Shown here piece by piece: positions 8,941 through 17,937 of a DNA stretch of 64,000 nucleotides. Source of the DNA: a virus; the IMG/VR virus record IMGVR_UViG_3300045988_119718, positions 96,001 through 160,000 of that record; one strand, 5' to 3'. Made by a program: the position numbers and the translations under genes. The notes below the pieces were generated by a model. The model was not told where the DNA came from and did not search any database. It was given only the letters and a program-made list of their open reading frames with translations. Each line of letters opens with the position of its first letter. Position 1 is the stretch's first letter.

Positions 8941-11220
8941 TTATCTTTCACCTTTAAAATTTTTAAAATTCATGTTTTTAGCTATTTGCTTCTTAGCTAT
9001 TTCCTCTGGGTCTTCTCCAAAGTTAGTAAACACTGAGTCTGGTATTTTAAACTTGTTAGCTTTATTAGTGGATATTAATTGTTCCTCTGGAATCTGAGAA
9101 TATTCAGCATATGCTTTTCTTACTGCTTTATTTTGAATCATATCCATAAGCATTTGTTCTTCTTGATTTCTTTGTTTTTTCATAAACTCAGAGAACATAG
9201 TACCCATACCAATCTTTAAAGTTTTTAAACACTCATCTACTTCTTTTCTAGTACTGTTTTCATCTTCTATAGGAATTTTAAACTCTTCTACTATTTCAGT
9301 GTACTTTTGTTCTAGGTCTTTACCTATATTATCATCAACAGAATCTTCTGTTTTAATTACACCTTTATCAATATTAAAGTTTTCTTTTAAATACTTACCT
9401 TCATACCAAACATATAATGCCATTAAATATGAGAATACTAAATCATCGTGAGAATTATCAGAGTGTTCTACTTTACCATTTTTCTTAACTACCATTTTAG
9501 ATAGTTCATCATACATAGTAGGAGAAGGCATTTTATCTTTATGCCTTTCCATTCTTTCTCTAAGTATTTCTATAAGTAAATCACGAGAACCTTTAGATGA
9601 ATCTAATCCATATACTTTAGTTTTTCTCTTTACTCTAATTGGTCTTCCTAATTCATCTGAAGTTTCTTCCATTACTCTTTCTTTGATTTCATAATAAAGA
9701 TTATCTTTAATTCCACCTGGTTCTTTTAATTTAGCAATAAGAGATGCTCCAAATCCTCCATTACGCTCGATATTTACTACCGCATTAGGCATCATTGCTT
9801 TAACCATCCAGATTAAAGTTCTTGCTAAATCAGGTATAGTCATATAGTTGCATTTTAAACCAGCGATAAATTGTGTAGTTTTAGAATCTATTACAGATAT
9901 TGCAGTATAGTCTCGTCTATATCCACCAGATACATCGACACCTATTATAGGAGGATTTATAGGTAACCCTGTAATAGATAATGGTATAGTATTATATATT
10001 TTGAATGGGTATTTATTTAATATTAATACTTCTCTTATAGGCTCATGTATCATACCTCTAAGAGTTTCTAAATCATCTTGACTAAATGGAGAATTTTCTG
10101 GAGTATCTATCCATTCGAGTAAAATTTCTCGACGTATATCTACCATCTTCCACATCATGTTTTTACATTGATCATAGAACCATTTTTCTCCCAATCCAAG
10201 TTGTTTATAAGAATACTTTATATATACAAATATGGAATTCATATTATTATTTATGATATCCATAATTTGTTCGTAAGTTAAGTCATACCATCGTTCATTA
10301 AATGGTGTAGCATTTTGTATCATATCATACGCAAATTGACCTTCAAAAGTAGACAATCTGCCTGGGGTAGTAGTTATAGTAATACCATATGGTACATTAG
10401 CTCTTTTAGCATTAATAAATGCTTTATTTAATGCTGGCATAGAGTTTACATAGATAGTAGAGTTAAATGCCGTGAATGCCCATTCGTCAGCCCACCACAT
10501 AGTAATGGTTTGACCTCTTAATAGGTTAGCTGCTGCTGTTTCATTTCTAGCACCAGGAACAGTTCTAATGATATTATGGTTTACTGGATGCTGTATAGTC
10601 TGTACAGTAGAAGGTAATTTCTTCTTTTTACCATTTATCACAGAGAACTCTTGAGATAATTGTAACCATGATGGTAATAAATCTCTAACAGCTTTAAATG
10701 ATTCCAAGTTTCGCTTAGCATCTTGATTCTGCTTATTCATAAATGTAATATTAGAATTAGCAGAAGCAAAGTTATATACATAAAGATATCTTACTATCGC
10801 TGCCATGGTTTTACCAACCTGACGAGGCATTTCAAAAAATAAATTCATATTATACATAGAGCAAAAATTAAAGGCTAAGTTGCCTCTATTAAGCTCATAT
10901 CTAACACCTCTAGGGTTACCATTAGCAGTTACTCTAACTACTTCTCTTAAGAAATACCAATAGTTTCTCTGTACTTCTCTATATATCTTCATTTTCATTT
11001 CCAAAGATAAGCTAGGATCATATGGATCTACACCAGCTAAATCTGGGTCAAATAAAGACAGCATAAATTTATTATTCTTAATACCAATACTCTTCAAATA
11101 ATAATGCATATTAATAAATGACTTATTAGCTGTAGACATTTGGTAATATATCTTTTGGGGAGCATATTGTATTTGCCTAGGTTGTTGCTGAGCAATTAAA
11201 TTAGATATTAAATCCGCCAA
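8941..11220 (-). CDS. Terminase large subunit, T4 gp17-like (759 aa).
   Basis: Walker A RQVGKT (compare T4 gp17 SRQLGKT). A Walker B-like hydrophobic stretch ends in ADEW. The C-terminal region has the character of an RNase-H-fold nuclease (GVDVSGG...D...). Confidence 0.65.
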   Translation of the reverse strand: MADLISNLIAQQQPRQIQYAPQKIYYQMSTANKSFINMHYYLKSIGIKNNKFMLSLFDPDLAGVDPYDPSLSLEMKMKIYREVQRNYWYFLREVVRVTANGNPRGVRYELNRGNLAFNFCSMYNMNLFFEMPRQVGKTMAAIVRYLYVYNFASANSNITFMNKQNQDAKRNLESFKAVRDLLPSWLQLSQEFSVINGKKKKLPSTVQTIQHPVNHNIIRTVPGARNETAAANLLRGQTITMWWADEWAFTAFNSTIYVNSMPALNKAFINAKRANVPYGITITTTPGRLSTFEGQFAYDMIQNATPFNERWYDLTYEQIMDIINNNMNSIFVYIKYSYKQLGLGEKWFYDQCKNMMWKMVDIRREILLEWIDTPENSPFSQDDLETLRGMIHEPIREVLILNKYPFKIYNTIPLSITGLPINPPIIGVDVSGGYRRDYTAISVIDSKTTQFIAGLKCNYMTIPDLARTLIWMVKAMMPNAVVNIERNGGFGASLIAKLKEPGGIKDNLYYEIKERVMEETSDELGRPIRVKRKTKVYGLDSSKGSRDLLIEILRERMERHKDKMPSPTMYDELSKMVVKKNGKVEHSDNSHDDLVFSYLMALYVWYEGKYLKENFNIDKGVIKTEDSVDDNIGKDLEQKYTEIVEEFKIPIEDENSTRKEVDECLKTLKIGMGTMFSEFMKKQRNQEEQMLMDMIQNKAVRKAYAEYSQIPEEQLISTNKANKFKIPDSVFTNFGEDPEEIAKKQIAKNMNFKNFKGER

Positions 11221-11261
11221 TATTGTTTCCTCCTTTCCTCTAAATTAATAAAATGTTTTAA

Positions 11262-11295
11262 ATAAAAAAAAAGAGAGGTCTAAACCTCTCTTTAT
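11262..11295 (-). terminator. Rho-independent terminator (hairpin AGAGAGGTCTAAACCTCTCT plus a U-run on the minus strand).
   Basis: Hairpin followed by T9 on the minus strand, 3' of gene 11340..11645. A near-identical copy lies at 11684..11713. Confidence 0.5.
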
Positions 11296-11339
11296 AAACG
11301 GCAGTTAATTATTGCCGTAAAAATAATTGAACACTTTTA

Positions 11340-11645
11340 CTAATTCTTTTTAGCACAAGCACTCTTAATAATGTTGAATGCTTCATGTGCTTTAGCACTA
11401 GATACATGATCTCTCTTACAGAGGAATTCACCATCATTAATAGCGTTGAATTCGATAGTATCATGAAACAGATTAACCGAAATCCAATATCCGTTACTAT
11501 TGATACTAAAGAATACTTCGCATATACCAAAATTAACAAAGAGAATTTTAGTACCCTCTCTACTAATTACTTGTTTGAGCAAGATAATCGTTTTATCCGC
11601 ACTGCTCAAATTATTTGGCGTTGCTTTCGGTAGTGTTTCTTTCAT
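11340..11645 (-). CDS. Hypothetical protein (101 aa).
   Basis: ORF bracketed by two near-identical terminator hairpins. Confidence 0.4.
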   Translation of the reverse strand: MKETLPKATPNNLSSADKTIILLKQVISREGTKILFVNFGICEVFFSINSNGYWISVNLFHDTIEFNAINDGEFLCKRDHVSSAKAHEAFNIIKSACAKKN

Positions 11646-11683
11646 AGTATTTTCCTCCTTCTAATAACATAGTAAATTATAGC

Positions 11684-11713
11684 AAAAAAAGAGAGATCTA
11701 AACCTCTCTTTAG
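11684..11713 (-). terminator. Rho-independent terminator; duplicate of the 11262..11295 hairpin.
   Basis: AGAGAGATCTAAACCTCTCT plus a U-run on the minus strand, 3' of the GC-rich ORF. Confidence 0.5.
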
Positions 11714-11718
11714 AATTG

Positions 11719-12042
11719 TCAGTCAATGACCGACAGTCCACGGCAGCCACATGGTCTGCCGTCCTCGCCACGAATCATCGGGCCAGGAACTAAAAGGTCT
11801 TTACGACCTTTTGCAGCCGACGCTACCAGTCGGCTGACAACCAGAAATGTTTCTGGCTGTGCTTCAGGGAGATTAATTACCTCCCCGAAGACTTGCTTAG
11901 TAACGGCAATGCCGTTAATAGAAGCTACATGAGCTTCTGTCTGAGTGCATCTAGGAACAATCCCAGATGCCTCAATAGTGAGGATGGTTCCATCCTCACA
12001 AACTACATCTAACTGATGAGGCGTGCAATTTACGATTTTCAT
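11719..12042 (-). CDS. Hypothetical protein (107 aa) encoded in a strongly GC-rich island (moron-like).
   Basis: Local GC is roughly 50% or more, against about 28-30% for its surroundings. The codon usage is foreign. It has its own RBS (GGAGGAAATCATTATG on the minus strand). Confidence 0.5.
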   Translation of the reverse strand: MKIVNCTPHQLDVVCEDGTILTIEASGIVPRCTQTEAHVASINGIAVTKQVFGEVINLPEAQPETFLVVSRLVASAAKGRKDLLVPGPMIRGEDGRPCGCRGLSVID

Positions 12043-12110
12043 AATGATTTCCTCCTTTGGAAAACTATATACATTATCATAGTTATAATATATAATACAA
12101 AAAATAAAAT

Positions 12111-12140
12111 ATTACACTACTCCATATGGAGTAGTGTAAT
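12111..12140 (-). terminator. Terminator hairpin ATTACACTACTCCATATGGAGTAGTGTAAT.
   Basis: Perfect inverted repeat 3' of the minus-strand gene 12156..12515. Confidence 0.45.
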
Positions 12141-12155
12141 ATTTATTATAACTTA

Positions 12156-12515
12156 TTATCTATCTACATAAACCATAGCTCGCTGAACACCAAATTCATA
12201 GCATTCAGCAAGACTATTCATATAGATATCAATAGCACCATCTGTACCACAGATATCATTCACTACATACCAATTATCATTAATCATAACTCTAGTTCCT
12301 AATGGTAAGAAGTTTGCTGCAACTCCTCCTACATAAGGAACCTCTCCTGTAGCAGTAAGCCCACTTGGTGAAGAATCTAACGTATACGCATATAATTCTA
12401 CTTCAATCCATTCAGCTGAAGTAGTATTATAATTCCCAAATAAACTAATAATCGTAAATAAAATAATCAAATACAATTTCTTCATCATAAAGCTTCCTTC
12501 CAATAAAATACACAA
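12156..12515 (-). CDS. Secreted 3D-domain (MltA/RlpA-like, Asp-Asp-Asp) protein; putative cell-wall-active protein.
   Basis: N-terminal signal peptide (MKKLYLIILFTIISLF). The 3D-domain consensus is present (...LPLGTRVMIND.WYVVNDICGTDGAIDIY). Confidence 0.55.
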   Translation of the reverse strand: MCILLEGSFMMKKLYLIILFTIISLFGNYNTTSAEWIEVELYAYTLDSSPSGLTATGEVPYVGGVAANFLPLGTRVMINDNWYVVNDICGTDGAIDIYMNSLAECYEFGVQRAMVYVDR

Positions 12516-12605
12516 AACAAAAACTTTTGAATAACTGATTACTGTAGTGTTATTAAAACTTTGATATCTATACCTACCTATACAGATAGGTATAGAGCAG
12601 CATTA

Positions 12606-13097
12606 TTATTCTAAAACACCATTATAGCAATACTCTTTAATACCCTTAATATAGTAATCATCCTTCACATCTAAAACTAAGAATCCATATTCTTTAAATA
12701 TTTTATCGTAGATTTCAAAGTATTTGCATTTACTAGATAAAGTAACTAAAGGCATATCTACCTTTAATTCAGTAATAGCCTTATCTATTAAAGCTCTTAT
12801 AATATCATCATACTCATTTTTGAACTTAGTATTTACCCAAATAGTGCAAATCTTTTTTTCACCTTGATAGTCTTTAATGATTAGACATCCTTTTTTAATA
12901 GTTTTTGTATCATCCATTAAAAATATAATTTTTCTTTTTCTTGAATTAACTTCAGGAATTACTTTCTCAAATAACCATTTTCTACTTTTAGGATATAATG
13001 ATACTAAAGAATTTATCATTTCTTTAGGCAAAATTTTATCTTTACCTCTTTCAGTAATTTTAATAAGTTCAACAAACAGTGTATTCTTATACTTCAT
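12606..13097 (-). CDS. Hypothetical protein (163 aa).
   Basis: ORF only. Confidence 0.4.
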   Translation of the reverse strand: MKYKNTLFVELIKITERGKDKILPKEMINSLVSLYPKSRKWLFEKVIPEVNSRKRKIIFLMDDTKTIKKGCLIIKDYQGEKKICTIWVNTKFKNEYDDIIRALIDKAITELKVDMPLVTLSSKCKYFEIYDKIFKEYGFLVLDVKDDYYIKGIKEYCYNGVLE

Positions 13098-14698
13098 CTC
13101 ATTCTACTCTCTCTTTCATTTTTAGTTTGTAATGCTGCCTGATAGTTTTCTTCTAGTACAGAATCATCGATGATATACTTTTCATTATCATCATCCCATA
13201 CAAACTTACTAAAATATGTTTCTTCTACAGAAGTAGCATATTTTTCAAATATAGATTTTTTGGATTCATAGCATCCTTTGCATGCATCAAATCCAATATC
13301 TACAAATTCCATATAAGTAGTATCACTATCTCTAGTTCTACCTAACGATTGTCTGGCTAATACTTTAGACTTAAATGGTTCAGCTAATACTACAGTCATT
13401 TTAAGACCTTTAATATCAATAGCTGCACCACAAGATTTAGTAGTAGATAAAATAATCATCTTATCTAATTGCTGTTCTTTGATAAACTTATTCTTCTCGA
13501 TAGAAGTATAAATACCAATATTATTACTCATATATGGATAATTAGCTACAATATAATCATAGACTATTTTAATAGCAGCATTAGTACCAATATATATTAA
13601 AGTCTTACTATTGGTACTAATAATGATTTCCATTAAGATAGTAATGATTTTAAACAAGTAGTCTTTACCTTGTTTAGTAGTAATAAAACTACAGTATTTG
13701 TTTCTATCGAATCCATATCTATTAGTACACCATCTCTGTTGACCTGGTGTAGGATGAGAGTTAAATAATACAGATACATATCTTGTATGAGGATCTGTTT
13801 CTTCATTAAATAAATCTATCTTAGGCATACATCTAAAAGTTTCTTGATATACAGCATCTTCTCCTCTATCAGATCTAGCAGGAGTAGCAGTTAGATATAA
13901 AGTCTTTCTAGTATTAGTATAGAAATCAGTCTTCCAAATATCATCAAACAATAAATGAGCTTCATCATAAATCTTTAAACCAACTCTAAGTTTCTTAAAT
14001 AATTCTGTAATCTTAGTCCAGTCTTCAGATTTACCATTTTCAGTAGCATATGCATGAATAGTTTGATGAGATGCTAAAAAGTATTTAATCTTAGAAATAT
14101 CTACCATACCATTTAAAATCATAGCAATACTAGTTCTACCAGTAATAATATAAATTTCAGATGGTTTGGTATCAGTATATTCTAAAATTCTATCTTTCCA
14201 CTGTTTAATCCACCCAGTAGAAGAAGTAATCATAATACTTCTCATACCAAAGTATGCAGATGAAAATATAGTTACAAAGGTTTTACCTGCACCAGTATTA
14301 AGATTAACTCCTAACTGAGTGAATCTAGCAGTATCAGCATATTCATCTTTACCTAAAATAAACTTAATAGCTTTAAGCTGTGTTTCATTTCTTGGTTGGT
14401 ATTTAAGATTAATCTGTAATCCATCATCATATGGATCCCATGATGTATGAAAGTTAGGAGCAGTATTAAGTTTATCCGCTAACCAAGCAATATCCATTGA
14501 TCTAGGCAAAGTAAGAATCTTATTCTTAGCATCATACCACATAGCTTTATTAGTATACTGATTTAAAGTTTTATCAAATACACTAAACATTTCTTGTACT
14601 TCAGGGCAATCATTTACTTCATAACCAATAAGTTGTATACAAGTATTATAAACCTCTATAGATACATTATGTGATAAAAACATAACTTCTCCTTTCAC
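13094..14698 (-). CDS. Superfamily-2 DNA/RNA helicase (DEAD/DEAH-box type).
   Basis: Motif I GAGKTF, motif II DEAH (KIYDEAHLL) and motif III TATP (LYLTATPARSD). Confidence 0.65.
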   Translation of the reverse strand: MKGEVMFLSHNVSIEVYNTCIQLIGYEVNDCPEVQEMFSVFDKTLNQYTNKAMWYDAKNKILTLPRSMDIAWLADKLNTAPNFHTSWDPYDDGLQINLKYQPRNETQLKAIKFILGKDEYADTARFTQLGVNLNTGAGKTFVTIFSSAYFGMRSIMITSSTGWIKQWKDRILEYTDTKPSEIYIITGRTSIAMILNGMVDISKIKYFLASHQTIHAYATENGKSEDWTKITELFKKLRVGLKIYDEAHLLFDDIWKTDFYTNTRKTLYLTATPARSDRGEDAVYQETFRCMPKIDLFNEETDPHTRYVSVLFNSHPTPGQQRWCTNRYGFDRNKYCSFITTKQGKDYLFKIITILMEIIISTNSKTLIYIGTNAAIKIVYDYIVANYPYMSNNIGIYTSIEKNKFIKEQQLDKMIILSTTKSCGAAIDIKGLKMTVVLAEPFKSKVLARQSLGRTRDSDTTYMEFVDIGFDACKGCYESKKSIFEKYATSVEETYFSKFVWDDDNEKYIIDDSVLEENYQAALQTKNERESRMR

Positions 14699-14964
14699 TA
14701 TTTAAGAATACTGTTTAACCAAATTACGAAATAATCATCTGCTGGAGAATTAATGAATCCTATAGTATAAAGAACACCTTTACAACTATTAAGAATCACT
14801 AGTGCAGCACATAACGCAATATACCATTTAGCTCCCAGCATAAACAAAGCATAGAATACAGAATCATTTTTATGCTTTGGATTTACTGGGGTATAAATAG
14901 TTACTTTAAAGAAAAGATAAGTAACCACAAATACAATCAAACCTTCAAGTACAATATATAGCAT
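14698..14964 (-). CDS. Small membrane protein (88 aa, 2-3 TM helices).
   Basis: Hydrophobic segments. It is translationally coupled to the helicase gene. Confidence 0.35.
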   Translation of the reverse strand: MLYIVLEGLIVFVVTYLFFKVTIYTPVNPKHKNDSVFYALFMLGAKWYIALCAALVILNSCKGVLYTIGFINSPADDYFVIWLNSILK

Positions 14965-14979
14965 ATTTTTTATCCTCTA

Positions 14980-17139
14980 TTAAGACTTAAAAATCGGTGT
15001 AATGAATTCTGGTTTCTTAGGCGCTTTTACTTCATTACTTAAAAATTCTTGTGGTTGTACCATAAAGAACATATCCATTCTAGATGATTCATCCTTAGCA
15101 TAAGTAATTGGATTAGTTAATGTGGATTTAAGATTCTTATATAAGAGACTAATAATAACTGATGGATTATTAGTAAGCGACTGATCTAATGAGAGAATCT
15201 GATATTCTTCATTATCATGCTCCCATTCTGGTAATTTCAATTTAGAATGCACACTTCTAATCTGATTCATAAGCATGCATTCTAGATGAACAGATTGAAT
15301 GGTAATCTTACCTTTAATAATCAGATTAATAAATTTCTTTAATAAAGAATCTTTATCCAAACCAATCAATTCATCTTTCTTGTTAATGAGACTTTCAATA
15401 TCTTTCAAGTTCTTATCGATATCGTTATTAATAATCTGGATATAGAATAATGCATTATCATTCAAAGTATTAATGAGATCTTCAATATCGATATGATACA
15501 TTCTATCACTAGCTAATGATAATCTTTTAAGATAATCAATAAAGTCTTCAGAGAAAAACATTTCAGTCATATTCTCAGAATGAATATCATATTTCTTACC
15601 ATTCGTATCTTCAAATACAAATGAAGTAATATAATTTGTAAACTGAGAAGAATCTGAGAAGGATGATTCCATATTATCTTCTTCATCAGAATCAGATTCT
15701 GTATTCTCCGTATTATCCATAATACTATTTGGATCGATAATAATATGACCAGCTTCAATATTATCATTGACATAGATCATATTTACATTATCTACATAGA
15801 AGAATTTATTAAAATTATCATTCCAATTAATCTTTTCAATTACAGTTTCAAGAAGATGTTTAGCTGACAACTGTTTCTGTGTAGTCTGTGAAGTCAACTG
15901 TTCTACCGCAAACTTACCTACTTTAAGATTAGAATTAATATAAGCAAGTTCTCCATAACATCTCTTACAAATACCATGACCATGTGCAGCGGATGCACAA
16001 GTCATTGGAGAGAAAAGATAAATTGTTTTACCAATAAGAAATGTATCAGTAGGATGAATTAAATAATCAATTCCATCTGGATTGGTTCTATAATATCTTC
16101 CTGTAAGCATACTAAGGATTTTGCTATTATCGATAGTAATCACAATAGGATTATGAGTATTACACTTATAATCCAAATCAGTGTTTAATACAGTATCAAT
16201 ATTATTAATACCCATGATACGAGCAAAGTTACCAGAAGATGATGTATTGTGCTTAACAATAATCTGTGCAACTCTAGAAGATGCAGAGTCTACAAACTGG
16301 TCTGCTACATGCTGTAAACCGCCCATAAGATAAGATCTATCAATGATATGAGGATGTACACCACCAGTACCATCTGGTTTAGAACCAATATGAATCGCAA
16401 ATTCTTTATACTGTCTAGGGCTAACACCTTCTCCAGTTTCAAAAGAATTCTTTAAACAATGATCGTATCCTAAAACAGATTTAGAATTCTTGATAATTTC
16501 GATGCTTCTATCTGCTTTATCCATACCAATATCTTTTACATCTTCGATACTTTTATCAATAAGTGATGTATGAACAAGATTATTGAATTCTGGAATATTA
16601 TTCATCAAATCGATAGTATCTTTAAGATTAATAGTATTAGCCAAGAAGAATGAAAAAGAATCTACATCAGAAAACTTAGATAAGGTATCATCGATAATAT
16701 TATTGAGAGAAATAGTGATTCTTTTCACATCCTGTTTATAGATATGACTAAACCTCTCTACAATAATAGGAATATATCTATCAAAATATTTTTTAATGCA
16801 TTTTCTATTAATTACTTTAGGACAGAATAGTGCTCTTCCATCCAAGGTAATACCACTCTTAACAACCAAATACCACATAATAATATTAAAATACAAATCG
16901 AAGATGGTTAAATCAACTACATCATTATTACCAAAATCTACAGTAATAATGAATCGTTTAATCTCTTCGGTTTCAATATTATCTTTAAGAATATTTAAGA
17001 TACCATCATAATATTCTTGCCAATTAGAACTAGTAATATCACTAGTTCTTAAATAGAATTTCCCAGTTCTAACTAAGTCTGCAAACATATAATAGTTTTG
17101 ATAGTTATTTAACATCTTACTCCTCCTTTTAAACAACAA
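14980..17139 (-). CDS. Large hypothetical protein (719 aa) with a Cys/His cluster (MTCASAAHGHGICKRCYGE) and an acidic Ser/Asp/Glu-rich linker.
   Basis: ORF; a possible zinc-binding motif. No confident family assignment. Confidence 0.4.
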   Translation of the reverse strand: MLFKRRSKMLNNYQNYYMFADLVRTGKFYLRTSDITSSNWQEYYDGILNILKDNIETEEIKRFIITVDFGNNDVVDLTIFDLYFNIIMWYLVVKSGITLDGRALFCPKVINRKCIKKYFDRYIPIIVERFSHIYKQDVKRITISLNNIIDDTLSKFSDVDSFSFFLANTINLKDTIDLMNNIPEFNNLVHTSLIDKSIEDVKDIGMDKADRSIEIIKNSKSVLGYDHCLKNSFETGEGVSPRQYKEFAIHIGSKPDGTGGVHPHIIDRSYLMGGLQHVADQFVDSASSRVAQIIVKHNTSSSGNFARIMGINNIDTVLNTDLDYKCNTHNPIVITIDNSKILSMLTGRYYRTNPDGIDYLIHPTDTFLIGKTIYLFSPMTCASAAHGHGICKRCYGELAYINSNLKVGKFAVEQLTSQTTQKQLSAKHLLETVIEKINWNDNFNKFFYVDNVNMIYVNDNIEAGHIIIDPNSIMDNTENTESDSDEEDNMESSFSDSSQFTNYITSFVFEDTNGKKYDIHSENMTEMFFSEDFIDYLKRLSLASDRMYHIDIEDLINTLNDNALFYIQIINNDIDKNLKDIESLINKKDELIGLDKDSLLKKFINLIIKGKITIQSVHLECMLMNQIRSVHSKLKLPEWEHDNEEYQILSLDQSLTNNPSVIISLLYKNLKSTLTNPITYAKDESSRMDMFFMVQPQEFLSNEVKAPKKPEFITPIFKS

Positions 17140-17368
17140 GGTTAAAAACCTTAATATGAAGTTCCCATGAACTTCATTATCAATTATATAATATATATTT
17201 GAGTAATACTTTTATTTGTAATTTATCTATGTTACCTTAGCGAAAGAAAGGAGAAATAAAGTGAATACCAAAAAGAGAGAGCGAGAGCCATATGACTCTC
17301 GCCAAAAAGTTTTATACTCGATAGCAATAATAAATTTTAAAATAGAGAGATAAAAATAAGAGATAAAA

Positions 17369-17788
17369 TTAATTGTTACCAAAAGTCGTTTTGGTATAAT
17401 AACGCGGATTAGTTTTAAGAATAGCTTTCTGTGCTTTAACAACATCACGCTTAACATTGTTACCATAACGCTTAACGATGTTAGCAATAGCAAGTTTCTT
17501 AAGCATATGAGCTTTCTTAAGTCTCTTCCAGTCAGAAGAATTCTGTTCTTTAGCTTTCTGCATAGCTGCAAGAGTAATACGTCTATTATAATCATCCTGT
17601 TTAGAAAGACGAACAATGGTTCTACGACCAATAGCTTTGGCTTCTACGAGAGCATTTACCTCATCAGATTCAAGGTACTGCTTACGTTCTTCATCGTCCA
17701 TATGGTTGACATAATCGACAAAAAAGGATTCAAATAAAGCGGTAGCATCTTGAATGCCAGCTTCTTGAGTATCATCAATATATGACAC
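17369..17788 (-). CDS. Hypothetical basic protein (139 aa).
   Basis: ORF. The overlapping hydrophobic minus-strand ORF 17227..17631 is judged spurious. Confidence 0.35.
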   Translation of the reverse strand: MSYIDDTQEAGIQDATALFESFFVDYVNHMDDEERKQYLESDEVNALVEAKAIGRRTIVRLSKQDDYNRRITLAAMQKAKEQNSSDWKRLKKAHMLKKLAIANIVKRYGNNVKRDVVKAQKAILKTNPRYYTKTTFGNN

Positions 17789-17937
17789 GATTATTCACCT
17801 CCATAATAATTTGGTTTTATCAGTTATTCATATACCACAAATAGATGTAGTTTATTTAGATGTTATAATATTAAAGTTAAAAATAAGTTTCGTAAGTACC
17901 TTAAAATAAGTATATTTAGGAAAGAGAGGAGAAAAAT

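Noticed and set aside
11719-12042. GC-rich segment as contamination or an assembly chimera
   Set aside because: It is embedded between phage-type terminators and has a phage-style RBS with continuous flanking sequence. I judged it more likely a real acquired moron. It is still worth checking against raw reads.
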